Positions 25,449 through 38,770 of a stretch of DNA of 64,000 nt are shown here, piece after piece. A program made the translations under genes and the position numbers. The notes below the pieces were generated by a model, which saw nothing but the letters and a program-made list of their open reading frames with translations, was not told the DNA's origin and did not search any database. The first letter of the stretch is position 1, and every line of letters starts with the position of its first letter. The DNA is from Camelus ferus (Eukaryota), in contig NC_045707.1 of NCBI RefSeq assembly GCF_009834535.1, positions 50,222,001-50,286,000 of the forward strand, in the 5' to 3' direction.

Positions 25449-26562
25449 AATATATACATATGGCAAGAGCTCCGAAGAAAAAGTGTTATAAGGGAGACTA
25501 GCTGGGAGACGATTTTGGATTGGTTGGTGTGGGAAGATGTCCGGGCAAGGTGATGATTAAGCTTGAGGGAGGAGGAGGACCCGGCTGGGTGAGCAGAGGA
25601 GACAGGAGGATCTGAGGAAGAGAGAATAGACTTTGTGAATCCCAGGGTGGGAGAGAGCCGGGCCTATCTGGGGAACAGATGGAAGGCCAATGCTGCTGGA
25701 CCATGCAAGCAGTAGGGTCTTTCAAAAAGCCTGATTCTTTTAGCTCCTTGCAAATGTTTATTCTGGAAAGACCTCTTTCAGATCAGCTGTATTGAAGGCC
25801 TTTCCTTTGTGTTTCAGTCATTGTATGGTGCAGCAAAGGCTTGCATAAGCTCTGCCACTGCTTGGGAAAGTCAGTCCAAATTTAACCTTTTTGTTTGAAT
25901 GGTTTTTTACCTAAGTGTCAGGAGCACATACAATTGTAATTGCGCTGAGTAATTTGGCTTTTTTAAAAAGACTGATGTTACAAGGTGATGTTTCTCCTAT
26001 TTTGGCTTTATTTTTCTTTGATGACTTGCCATTTTAAAGCAGATACAATATACCTTTTTAAACTGAAACTCTTTAGGGAGAGGATTATTGAAATTATGTG
26101 ATTTTAACAGGAAAATAATTTTGCTTGCAATTGTACCCATATAAGATAGTGTTAATAAAATGTGGTGGTTGTGTTAATGCAGATGTAATTCACAGAGGCT
26201 CAACTGTGAAGAGCAAATAGTTTTCTGCATAAAAACAAAAGTAAAAAGCAACAAATAAAATTAAATGTAAGTAAATATAAATGTAAAAAATACCCTAAAG
26301 TCTAAAACAAAGTTTGCTCTTTTAAATAGGGAAACTGAAACCTGATTTATAAGTAAGTTTGTTAGCAATCGTTAACTGCTACTATCTCCAGGATGAATGG
26401 CTGCATATAGTCAAAGAGGCTAATCCACGTTAATGTAGTTTTATTGAAAAACATTTTTGAATCCTCTCCAGGATGAATTATATACCTCCTTCCTCTGTGT
26501 GTGATTGAACAATGATTGGTTTATCTCAGGCACATTTATACAGTTGTCTAAAACTGAAAGAA

Positions 26563-26665
26563 GGGGATGGGGGTATAGCTCAGTTGGTGGAGTGCGTGCT
26601 GAGTATGCACGAGGTACTTGGATCAATCCCCAGTACCTCCATTAAAAAAACAAAAAAACGAAAAT
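26563..26665 (+). mobile_element. tRNA-Ala-derived SINE (Vic-1-like, camelid)
   Basis: 'ggggatgggggtatagctcagttggtggagtgcgtgctgagtatgcacgaggtacttggatcaatccccagtacctcca' plus an A-rich tail. A box 26576-26587, B-box-like 26620-26630. Confidence 0.85.
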
Positions 26666-27984
26666 GAGTAAAATCGAGAAACACTTTTTTCAATGATCAG
26701 GTTTACGGAATACATTCCCAAAAGAGCCACAAAGTATTGCATTACTTTATCATATTTTAAAAATTGATTTTGAGTTTTTTTACACCACCACTAACAACCC
26801 CCCCCCCCCCACTTCCAACCCCAACCAAAACCTCTACGTAAATAAGTGCTAAATATCTTCACCACTTGACTCTCATCATTTTTTCCATGATTGTCTTCCA
26901 GGCATCTGTTTTGTGTTCCAAATTTGTTTTGCTAGAGGTAATTTTATATAGGCTTTTCTGAATGGTGCATCCACTTTAAAATCCAGGTGCATATTTGCAT
27001 GAAAGCATTTACAGAAAATAAAGACGATCCTATGAAGAGGAGGAATGACTGAGATCTTTAATGAAAACAGTGCGGTTTCTTAAAAGAGTGGTTCGCTGCC
27101 AAATTAGATGTAGGTGGGGTCAGGTCTACCTCCATGTGTGCTGTGCTGAGGCTATTGAGAAGAAATTGTCTCCATGAAGATCCTACAATATTTAGAAACT
27201 AGCCGTAAACCCTGCTGTTTCCCAGGAAGTGCAGTAGTTTAACTGAAAACTCCTCCATTCTGCTGGGATTTAATTGACCACACATGGTGGAGAATGAGAG
27301 GGAAACTCAGTGGAATACATTCAGTTCCTCTGAGTAAAAAGTCATCCAACCTAAACAGGAAGGAGCAAAATGTGAACGCTAGAGGATGGAACAAAATTGC
27401 TCTAATTTCCAAGGTGGAAAGACTCAGATGGCTTTGTATTTTCTTTAAGTTTTTCACATAGAAATGGAAAAAGCAGCAAAGCCCAGCTGAAAAGACTACA
27501 TTTAAAATAAAATATGGAAAACTTTAAAAACAGAGCTCTGACAGTGAAAAGGGGGAAAATAACTCTTGAAATTTTACACTTAATAATTCATGATTAATTC
27601 AAATAGAGATGATCAATGTGTTAAATGTGTAGTAACCGGCTAAAATCCTCATGTGACATCACATACATCAATTGTGACTGTGCACTTAGATTTAGAATCA
27701 AATTGTTTGATTATTTAACTAATATGAATGCTTTTCACTGGGGGCTACTAGCATTGCAAAATGGTGTTAATAGACCTGGTGAAACAAAGAAATTTAAAAA
27801 AGCTCCTAATGAGAATAGCAAAAGCAAGGCAGTAAGTTCACAAGAGAACTAGCCACAAGTAAGCTGCTACTATAATGGGGTTTTTATAGATTAAAGACAC
27901 ATTTCCATACATGTATGAACCACTTTTCCTGTTGGTAGGTAGAGGATGAAGTAGAATACCAACACAGGAGTAATATCATTGGTT

Positions 27985-28200
27985 TTTAGTCTTGTATCTG
28001 CCTAGCTTGTGACCTTGGGCACACCACCATAACTTTCTGAACCATTGGTTTTTTATTTAAAAGAATGGAGAAGGATCAAAACATTTCCTGTGACACTTCC
28101 TATGAGATTCAGGTAAGAGAATGCATATCAGCACGTGGTAAATGTATCATTAAAGCATCAATATCAATAAAGAGGTATGTTATCACTATTATTATTGTTG
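27985..28200 (+). mobile_element. MIR
   Basis: 'tagcttgtgaccttgggc...aactttctgaacc...tgagattcaggtaagagaatgcat'. Confidence 0.7.
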
Positions 28201-29304
28201 TGCTAAAAATTTATGATAGGCAGAAAAGTGTTGACCTACAGTGCTGGCTTCTACTGCTAAAACAAGTCCATGTTTCTTTCCAGGCCTCCAAGAACTGCCA
28301 AAATTCTATCGTTCTCATTGGTCTTTCCAAAAGGTGATGACGAAATCATTTAAGTTAGACAGCCAAGAGTTAGCTCTGAGAATTAATTTTGGCTAATTGT
28401 ACTCAAGATATTTAAGTTTGTCAACAGTTTTTGTTCTCCCAAATGTTTCATAAGGTTAGGAATTTAAAAAGAGAGAGGTCTTCTTGATACAGTCTTTCCT
28501 TCTTTTCCCTTTGGGAAACATCACTTTGCTTCACCTTCCTTCATGCCGAAGTTGGCCAGGCTTGCAGTTTGGGAACAAACACAGAAAAGTCCCTCCCTGA
28601 CTGTAAGGAATGAACACCCCAGGGAACTGACCCCTCCCACCCTAGTCTCAAAGGCCAGATGGGCTCTAGACAAATCCTGAGGGTGCAGGCAGTCTGGGGT
28701 AGTGAGGGTCAGCTGTGGTGCTGGAAAGTCCCTCTCTGAAAGACACGTGGGGTATCTAGAGTCTGGGGGCTGAAGAGGGCAGAAATGGGACTAACTTGGT
28801 GGATTTTGGCTTGTGTCCCTACAGACAGAAGTGTACTGCTTCTTAAGGAGCCAAACCCCAAGGGTCACTGATTAGTGGGCTGCATGGTACAGGTAAGGTT
28901 ACTAAGTTGCATTGGTTCCCATAACTTTTGTTGCACACCTTATGTTTACAAAAAAGCTCTTTTCCAACAAGTTCATTTCATTGGGGGATTATTGTCAATT
29001 AACTGAGCATGACAGGGAATGAAAAAGATTTTTTGTTTACTCTAAGGCCAAAGATGCAGACTCAGGAGGATGTGGTGAAAGATTCTACTTCCTGTCTATT
29101 CAAAGAGTGTGAATAGACAGTTTACATAATAGAAAATCCGGTAGGCTCACATGTGGCAAATCATATACAGCCTTGTTTGCAAATAACAAAATGCAAAATG
29201 AAAGAAGTTACGGCGTATTTGAAAGTAGATTAAACTCACCAAAGTAAACAATAAGAAAACTCTAAAATTGAATTCTTTCTGGTGATCAGTGTGTCTAGGC
29301 TATG

Positions 29305-29520
29305 TGCTGTGGTGGAAAAAAGCTATTACATTTGGAATGTGAAGTCTTAAATTTGACCTAAACCATAGACAAGTTATTTACCCCTTTGAAGCTCCATTTT
29401 TTTTCTCATCTTTAGAAGTGTGAATAATAGTATCTATCAACCTTATTATAAGGTTTATAACAGATTCAAATAAGTGAATGGAAGAAATTTTCAAATGGTA
29501 AATCTAGTGTATAAATATGT
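29305..29520 (+). mobile_element. MIR
   Basis: 'gacaagttatttacccctttgaagctccattttttttctcatct...aataatagtatct'. Confidence 0.7.
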
Positions 29521-31509
29521 TTTTCTTTCTGTATTTATTAACAGATTAATAAGACAGGTGACAGATTCCAGTTACTTTGTATCCTTTTCAGAAGCAAGTG
29601 GGATACAATTTATGCTAAACATATTTAGCAATTTCACTTTTGGACAATGTCAATGAACTGGCTAAATAAACTGTCTCAAAATAACATGAGAGCATTAATT
29701 ACTAATAAAAATTATAATTTTGTGGACACTATACATTCACAATAAATTCAGATTTAACCATGTTCCTCTCATTTTGCTGGGTGATTTTGTAATGTTAGCA
29801 TAATTTAATCCACAAAACAATCTTGAGAGGTAGACATTATTTTTCCTGTTTTAACATATGGGGAACTGAAGTGTGTCTGAGTTCATTTAGTAGGGTGATA
29901 TTTACAAAAAAATATAGTTAATTGAAAAAAGCTGAAAAAAAGGGCAGTGTACGTGCGTTTTACTTAACATTATATGTGAATATCTATGAGGACCTTAATA
30001 AAGAATAGAAGACAGTTTGAAGAAACAGAAATGGTTTGGAATAGAATGAATATCTAAACATTTTAAAACCACAATGCCTTTTATAAATTCTAAGATAAAA
30101 TGATACCCTCAAGGAAAATTTTGTTGGTATGATTAAAAAAAAACCCCACCAAAATAAGACACTATTACCCCAAGGGAAAATTAGTTTAAAAATCATTTAA
30201 ACTCTAAAAGATATTAGTGTAATTTAATAGTAAAACTAATCTTGCCACAAAACCAGAGACACTGTGACTTAACCTGACACCTAGGGGACAAGGGGAGTTC
30301 AGATGATAATCCTCCCTGAAAACTAGAAAGAAAAATGGCAGGGGTAAATCATGTCACTTATCATCCCCTAACAAAGGCAGGAACACAATCCTGGAGCATT
30401 CCGTGTGTCAGTTAACAGTTAATATGTTATCTGCTCAGTGACATTAAGATGTGGTTCCTAAAGCCCTTTACAAAGACGTTGGCTCTGATGAGTGACAGAC
30501 AACAAGCCGGGGCAGGCTGGTGAAAGGAAATTCAATTATATTGCTTCTAAACTGTGCATCCTTTGGGTTGAACTCAGATTCAAATACCAAAGAGTAACAC
30601 TCGACCCTGGATCTCGTTTAGGCAATGCTGAGAGATTTCAGGATTTTGTCTGTGCTGGAGAGGTACACACTTCAGGGCAATCAGGTGGCAGGACCCACAG
30701 AAGAATGAATGCCCTTGAATGAGGAGGATGATGGCTGGCGTTTGTGGTCTAAGAGGCATTTCAGAAGCAGGCAGGTCACTCTGGGCCTCAATAGATAATT
30801 CTATGCATAATAGAACCAGAGCAGGGATGGCTTTTGTCTAAAGAGTAATTCGAAAAACAGCTGTTCTCTTTGTTTACTCAAGTAGACTGGTCTCCAAGGG
30901 GTGGGGGCAGGGGGATGTTCATGCATCTCAGAGGTTGGCTAAAGGCAGTAACAGGGTCTGGAAAGAAAATCCTAGAACTGTTATTTATTTCTGTCTAAAA
31001 ATGTCAGAAAGAGATTCAGCTTACTAGCACGTGTAGAAAGGTTGGTGCCAGTACTCCCCAGCAGCCTTCCTGGTTGGGATGTTGGGTAGGCTTGTACTTC
31101 GAACAGTGTAGAGGGTTTCCTGAGTGGGGACTGCAGGTCCATATAAGGTGGAGATGCAGAGGAGGCCATTATTCTCACTCTTTTGTTTGCTTTTAGAATA
31201 TTTCAGAGCAGGATTTAATAAGTGGCTTTTCAGATTGCATTAATCCTGTTTTCACTGAATGAATGCTCACCAAATAGACACGTAGCCTGAAAATGCCCCT
31301 TGCAAAGAAATTGCAGATTAAAAAATACTAATCTTGTAAGCACAAGTGAGCAATGGTAACATTAGAGAGGTGGCTTGCTGCTTACTCCTCGTATGAGACA
31401 TACGACAACGGGAAAGCAATGATCAAAACTGATCTATCAAGAATGAAGGTACGTTTTTTCATTTATCAATAAATGATTTAATATTTAAAATATGGATCCA
31501 CATCCACTA

Positions 31510-32040
31510 TTTTTTCAGCTTTGTCAAGGTACAGCTGACAAATAAAATTGTAAGATATTTAAAACAGACAACATGAAAGTTTGATAATGTATACATTGTA
31601 AAAGGGTTCCCCACATCGAGTTAACTAACTCATCCATTGCCTCACATATTTACCCTTTTTTTCTTTTTTGGTGAGAACATTTAAGTTCTACTTTCTTAGC
31701 AAATTTGAATTATACAATACAGTATTATCAACTTCAGTCATCATGTGATGCATTGGTTCCTCAGACCTTATTCATCTTGTAACTGAAAGTTTGTACATTT
31801 TACCAACCTCTCCCCATTTCCCCTACCCCCAAGCACCTGGCAACCACTTTTCTACTCTCTGTGTCTATGAGTTCAACTTTTTTTTCTTTCCTTTTTTTCG
31901 ATTCCACATAAAAGTGATTCTCTTTGGCTTATTTCGTTTAGGTTCATCTGTGTTGTCACAAATGACAGGATTTCAGGTTCATCTGTGTTGTCACAAATGA
32001 CAGGATTTCCTTCTTTTTTATGGCTGAATAGTATTCCATC
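31510..32040 (-). mobile_element. L1 3' end (L1MA-type) carrying a 35-bp tandem duplication
   Basis: 'ggtgagaacatttaagttctac...caatacagtatta...cctggcaaccac...tatggctgaatagtattccat'. Confidence 0.88.
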
Positions 32041-32331
32041 AAGGTGTTTATCAGGTTGGTTTCTTTTGAGGTCTCTTCCTTTGCCTTGTAGATGGTTGTT
32101 TTCTTCCTCTTTGTTCATGTGATCTTTCCCTGTGGGCATATATGTCTTTATCTAAATTTCCTCTTCTTACAGGGACAACAGTCATATAAGATTAGGGTCC
32201 AACCTAATGACCTCACTTTAACTTAATCACCCATTTAAAGACCTTATTTCCAAATATGATTACATTATGAATTATGAGGGTTAGTACTTTAACACATGAA
32301 TTTTTTGAGGACACAATTCAGCCCATAATAA
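32041..32331 (-). mobile_element. MaLR LTR (MLT1A/B-like), partial
   Basis: 'cctcttcttacagggacaacagtcat...aatgacctcactttaacttaatcac...acacaattcagcccataata'. Confidence 0.85.
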
Positions 32332-32704
32332 TAGCCATTAAAATCAAGTACTAAACTGAACGTATAAACAGGCTTTCAAGCCACGGATCATGGTTTTAAA
32401 CCAATATTTTAGAATGAAGTATCTTTTTCAAAGTTATATACCAATAATAAATACAAATTATTTAAAAATATTCTATATTCCAACTTGACCTCATCCTTTA
32501 GAAACTTTTGGGTTAGGTTTATGTTCTATGATATAGTAGTTTTCTACCACTAATTCAATAATTAAACAAAGGCTGTGAAGTACCTGTCATATGTAGGTCC
32601 TCTGTTCGAGGCACTTGAGACATATCAGAGAGAAAACCAGACCCTTGGCTTTGTGGAGCTTACGCTCTAGTGGGCAAGAGACGACATTAAGTCAAGAGCA
32701 TCAT

Positions 32705-33020
32705 CATTAAGACTGAGGGACATATCTCCAGCTACTGGGAGTGTTGCCAGCTGTCAGCCGTCTTTGGGAATTGCCCCTGGCTGAAGAAAGCTGTCTCACC
32801 CAAAGTCATGGACTTTTCCCAATGCAGCCTGCATTTACAGAGGTAAAAATGCCCAGACAGCTAGACCAAAGGTCATTCCAGCTCGAGGGCTCCCTGCGGG
32901 GTTGGCTGAGGACTTTGTTCAGACTGAATCACAGCCCAACCTCTCCCTCTGCCCAGACTTGCTGCTTTCACTTCCCCCACGGTCTAGAGTCTAGTTTCCT
33001 GAGGAATCCAACATGAAACA
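32705..33020 (+). mobile_element. ERVL LTR (LTR16C-like)
   Basis: 'gggaattgcccctggctgaagaaagctg...ggggttggctgaggactttgttcagactg...cacagcccaacctctccctctgccca'. Confidence 0.75.
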
Positions 33021-33939
33021 AATATGATGTTATATATATTCTACTCTACATAACATTATAATAGAATATACTTGTAATATTCTAGTATAGTGTTATACTG
33101 TCTTACTGTTAGTCTTCCTCATTAGAATGCAACTCATAAGAGGAAGTAATTTGTCTCTTTTGTTCACTGCTCTATCCACAGCTCCCAAAACAGTGCCTTG
33201 AAAGTATTTGTCCCCCAATAAATACTTGTTAAATCACTGAGTAAGTTTGCAAAGTCAGAATAAAAACAGTACTGAATTCACAAGTTAAAATTGTAACAAT
33301 CTATGAGCAGTCTTTCTACAGTGCTGGGCATATAATATGCACTTAACAAAAGTTGGTAATTATTATGTTATTATGGTATTATGTTCATTTCAAAGATAAT
33401 TTTTCACACTCATTTTTTTTTAAAGCCAGTAATTCAACTCTATTTGTTTATGTGTCACTTAATCAAAAATTTATTGCCAAGAACTGCATTAGGAACTGGG
33501 GCTACTAAGAGGGTAGGAAACCCTCCCTGCCCTTAAAGAGAATTCAGTTCACCGGCATGATCACAGGTCACATTTCATTAGTTATTCCATATTTACCCAC
33601 TTGTAAACTAGCTTCTTTTGTATATTCTTTCCTTTGTCAAGTGGTCTAACATGTGAGCTTCAGTACTTGTTTTCCAAGTGACTTTTCTCTTTTTCAAGTA
33701 TTTGGGCAGTACTTCTCAATTGAATTCGTTTACACACAAATCATTGGGCAACAGCTAGTTGGAAATGAGACAAAAAGATTGTCATATTTCAACCGACATG
33801 GTCAAGTTTTCTTAATCTGCTGGCTGTTTATTATTATTATTTTCAATCAGGACATTTGGAAAGGGTTTCATTTGCTAACATTTTCAGTGAAAAATCTCTT
33901 TGGCTAAATGCTTCCAAGGATTCCATCAGAAATTTGCCA

Positions 33940-34430
33940 TCTACTTATCCTTGAAGAATTAGCTTAGGTAGTCCATCCTCCAGGAAGTCTTCCCAGGTTA
34001 AATTAGCTACCTCTCCTCTCTGCCTCTATTATACCCAGTGGTAGCTTAAGCCATTATTGCACTGGGCACATTTTCGTGGAATTCTGCTTTTGAGTCTGTC
34101 TTCTTCACTGGCGGAGAAAGTCCTCTAGAATTGGAAACCTTGTCTTATATATCATTGTGTCTCTCATGCCCATCGCAATGCCTGGCAAGTAACAAGTACT
34201 GTAATAATAGGTAACGTTTGCTATGTAGGCAGGCAGTGTCATAACTGCTTTACAAATCCTTATAATGATCCTCTCAAGTAGGTAGCTATGATTAGCTCCA
34301 TCTGACAAATGAGGAAACTGAGGCCCAGATAACCTGTCAAGATTACCTGGCTAGTAGTGATCCAGACAGAACTTGAACACAGACAATGTGGTCGTGGAGC
34401 CTGCAAGCTCAACCACTGCGCCCCACTGGT
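33940..34430. mobile_element. L2 3' fragment (+) followed by MIR (-)
   Basis: L2 'aatgcctggcaagtaacaagtact'; MIR 'gacaaatgaggaaactgaggcccaga'. Confidence 0.7.
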
Positions 34431-35469
34431 AAATGCATTTTGAATTGAACTGTGCATATAAACTATTCGACACAAGGGAAGAACCACGGCAATTTAACCA
34501 CAATTTAAGCTTAATGCTTTCTTAAGTTCAGACACTTTCATAAGTAGGTATCAGTTCTCAGAAGTAAAGCTTTTTCATATTTTCTAGTTTAAAAGTAGAA
34601 GAGTCCATGGCTTACTGAAGTCCTTAGGTCTGTATCCCTACAGTCTTCTGAGAAGCGGTACAATCAGCTTTGGCTCTACCCCATATCCTGGGACAAAATC
34701 TATACTCAGGAATAATAATAGTGTAAACCAACATTTAGTGAGCATTCATGGTGTAACTTGGCCAGAGACACACAGCTTGTCAGTGGTGAGTCAGGAGTGT
34801 GAATCCACACTGATCACTACTCTGAGCCACTTTCAACAGGACCTTGCTTTGTTTCCTTTATCCACGATTTGGAGCTCAGTAGTCAGCATAATGGACCACG
34901 TCCTTTCGTGTGGTGGCTGTCCTTCTTCCTCTGCCTGGTACTCCAATTCTTCTGGGACTGGGATCATGCCTCTTAGCCCCTGTGGTTGAGTATCTAGTAC
35001 TGTATTCTAGGACTCTGAGTAATTGCAAGTTGTCAGATCTCCTTCTCTCTCAGTATTCTTGTGACCTATGTATCCCTGATGCTTGGATATAAATGAGTAG
35101 ATTGTTTTAGGTCTGGGAGGGACCCCAAAAGTCACCAATTACAACTACTTGGCTGGTACTTGAAAAAGACACTTGCATCATTCCTGCCAAATGGTTATGT
35201 GAATGTTCTTGAAGATCTATTCCATCTTTTGATTATTCTACTAAAAAATTCTATGCTGACATGTAGTCTTGCCCCCATAACTTCCACTACTAGTTTTGGT
35301 TCTACTGATCATACAAAACCTAATCTATCTTTTTAGTAACAGACTTTACAATATTTAAACACAATGCTATGTTCTCATGAGTGTTCTTAATATCCATCCC
35401 CAAGTCATTTTTCTTATTAGATATTGTTTTGAGTTCCCTTGCTCTGACCATACAGGAAGGGGAAGAGAA

Positions 35470-36000
35470 AATCGTTTGGAGTCAGACACACCCAGCTTTG
35501 AGTCCTGCCTCCGCCACTTAACTGGCTTTGTACATTTCAGTTTCGGTTTCCTCATTTGTAAAATGTTAATAATGACACATAGTTTAAAGAGGAATTGCGA
35601 AATTAAAAAGGTGAAATACAACACTTGACACAGAGCAGACACTCGAATAAATGTAAGTGCTGTTGTTTTTATCACCATGTTTTTGTAAGTGGGGATTGAA
35701 GAGCCAAAACTGATGCTCAGATGTGATCTGATCATCAGCAAGCAGACTAGACTGTCATCCTTAGACCGTGATGCTAAGGATTATACTAAGACAAAAAACA
35801 GTGGTCTTCACTTAATGTTTTCTGTTGATATTTATTATCTCTTGAGGTCTTCTCAACTATCCTGCCAGGGAGAGATTATGCCCATCTTACAGACGAAGGC
35901 AGAAGTGCAGAGAGAGGACCTGCACAAGGTCACACAACTAAGAAATGACAGGGTTGAAGCAGCCCGTTTGTCTGACACCAAGACCTCGCTGCCTCCAACA
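35470..36000. mobile_element. Two MIRs (+ at ~35470-35680, - at ~35820-36000)
   Basis: 'tttcggtttcctcatttgtaaaatg' and 'cccatcttacagacgaaggcagaagtgcagagag...caaggtcacacaact'. Confidence 0.75.
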
Positions 36001-36160
36001 TTAGACCTTCACTAATTTATTCTGTGCTGGCAGTCAATACATGGTGGACTCACATCACACTTACTACTAATGGAGGCCCCTCTCCTGTCACTGCACATTC
36101 TTAAGCAAGATATTGTCCACTTTATATTCAATAGGTTTATTTGTTTGTTGCCCAAATGCA

Positions 36161-36554
36161 GGTATATTAATTTGCAATGGCTAATATAACAAAATACTAC
36201 AGACTGGGTGGGTGAGACCATAAAAATTTATTTTCTTACAGTTCTGGAGGCTGGAAATCCAAGATCTACGTGTCTGCAGGTTTGTTTTCTTCTGTGGACT
36301 CTCTCCTTGGCTTGCAGATGGCCTGGCCACCTTCTTGCTGTGTCCTCACACGGTCACTCCTCAGCCTGTGGATTGTCAGTGTCCTAATCTCCTCTTCTTA
36401 TAGAGACACCAGTCAGGTTGGATTACGGCTCACCTTAATGGTCTCATTTTAATCACTCCTTTAAGGGCTTTAACTCCAAGTAAAGTCATTCTGAGGTGCT
36501 GGGGTGAGGGCTTCAATATATGAATTTGGTGGGGATGCAATTCAGCTCATAACA
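36161..36554 (-). mobile_element. MaLR LTR (MLT1A0/B-like), near complete
   Basis: 'ataacaaaatactacagactgggtgg...cagttctggaggctggaaatccaagatc...tatgaatttggtggggatgcaattcagctcataaca'. Confidence 0.9.
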
Positions 36555-38562
36555 GCAGGGTCTCACACTTATCTCACCAAAAGCCTCCATTTGTTAGACT
36601 TGGCTTATTGTTCATTGAAAACTTTTTGAACACCAGTTTTGTTCACCAGCATTCATACCACTTCTAAACTTGCACCATCTGTAAACTCAGTGTGTGTTCT
36701 GCCTGTGTATCTTCCCATTAATTAACAAAAAACTGAAGACAACAGAAGTCATTACAGAAATGGAGGGATGGAGCTCGATGATGCCATCCAACTTGCCACC
36801 CTCCTGCTGCCTGTTCCACCCTGTAGGTTGCTTGGTCTTCATTTGCTGCTGTCAATGGTTTGGTTATCTGATCATTCTCTACACACTGGTTTTAATTTAA
36901 CACATGAAGTACAGGTACTGTGTTCAGGCCTATTCTAATAAGAGCATCACTTAATTCAGTCGTTTCCATAACAGAAAACACATCAGACAAGGAGTCAAAT
37001 GGCCTGAGTTCTAGTCCTGGTTTTATAATGATCTGTGTCACATCAGTATACTATCTGGATTCTCAAGTTTCTCACCTGGAAAAATGGGATAATGCTTGCC
37101 CTCCTTCAGGCTTTACAGAATTGGTATCTGATTCCTGTAAACACCTACGTGGAGCCTCTATAAAGGCAAAATGTTAGCCATCCATGGCAGACTGTCAGCA
37201 GGCATTTTAAGGTTCACATCTGTCAGCTTATTCTCAGGCCAAGTGGTCCCAGCCCCAGCCAGAAGATGTTTAAATCATCCATCTCCTTGAGGCTGACCAC
37301 TCTTTCATCTTTTCTTTGTTTCAGGACTCTTTGGAGGAGCATACAGTACAATATTTTTGAAAAATTAAAATGAAATCAAAGAGTTGCTTAAAAAACTCAG
37401 AGCTAACCTAGAATTACATATCATTGACCTAGGAAATGTGGGTTAACTTTAAAATCTTGAACCCAATGGAACTAGGAAGGTAAGTCCATTTTAGGGTCAT
37501 CCTGTGATGCTTTTCTAAGTCAAATAGGAGAAACATTTTAGAATATACCTCTCTATTAATGGATAATCAATATACAGAATAGATGCATCCTTAAAGCTTC
37601 CTGAAAAACACATTTCTGTATATTTAATCATATTTTACTATTTATTTCTAATATAATATAAGATGTGATATATATTCTTGTGGAAACTATACATTACACT
37701 ATCAGATTGAAAAAAAGCTGCCTGGGTCATTTATCCATTCAGGGCAGGATCTAGGCTTCTAAATTGTGTGACAGGGGGACACCAAGAAGCCTTAAAGGAG
37801 GTTAAGGTAGAGGAAGGAGGTGAAGAGAGGACTTGCATTCACTGAACATGTACATGTCAGATTTATGTGCTATTTAAACTCTCATTTAATCCTGACAACA
37901 ATTCTGAGGTAACATAAATATAGCAGCTGGGAGGAGAATATATATAACAGTTGGAAATGTCAGCGTACTCCAAATCGGCTTCTTAAATTGTGAACCACTT
38001 CTGTTGATCCTATTTGTGGAATATAACATTGAAAAAATTTTAAATTAAGATTAAAAAGTAAAAAGAAAAATCCTGCTTGCAAGAGGAGGACCAATGTCAC
38101 ACTGGGTAACATAGCAGGTTAACCATCTGGTAACTGGTGCTGCTTTCCATAAGGTTGTCAGTGTCATCCCAGTTTTTCAGATAAGGAAATTGAAGTCCAG
38201 AAAATTCAATACTTGTTCCATGTCACACGACTGGCATGTACTGGAGTGAGGATCCAAAGCCACATTTGCCTTCTGAGTGTCTGCTTTTGCACTATGCCCT
38301 GAACGCACTGGACTAGCAGGCTGAGATCTCCCCTTGGCTCTTGAGTCCTAACGTATGACCTTGTCGGTCAATTAGCCTCCCCAGATACCAAGTTCCTTCA
38401 CCCCGGTTGGGGGTAACCTCAGCGTGGATCAGGTAAGTAATCTTTTCCAGTCTTTGAAAAATTATGAAGTGCTATACCAACCCAAAATAGTATTTTTCAA
38501 AAGACTCTGAAACCAGATTATATATCAAATTCCTTTCCTGATGTAGCACATTTAGAATCCAA

Positions 38563-38770
38563 CAGAGCTGTCCAATGGAACATTTTGCGACTATGGTGTT
38601 CCATATCTGTGCTGTCCAGTGCAGTAGCCCCTTGTCACATGTGGCCATCAAGCAGTTGATATGTAGCTACTGTGACTAAAAAACTGAAGTTTAAGTTTTA
38701 TTGACTTTTAACTAATGTAAGTTTACACTAAATTGCTACACATTGCTGGGGGTTGTTCTAAAGCATCGTG
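38563..38770. mobile_element. MER3-like hAT-Charlie element
   Basis: 'gctgtccaatggaacattttgcga...tatctgtgctgtccag...cacatgtggcca...tgtgactaa'. Confidence 0.75.

Noticed and set aside
26385..26478. 14-bp direct repeat tctccaggatgaat with 80-bp spacing
   Set aside because: Two copies only, with no tail or element between them.
26563..26641. Functional tRNA-Ala gene
   Set aside because: Altered anticodon loop and B box, extra 5' bases and an A-tail indicate a SINE copy.
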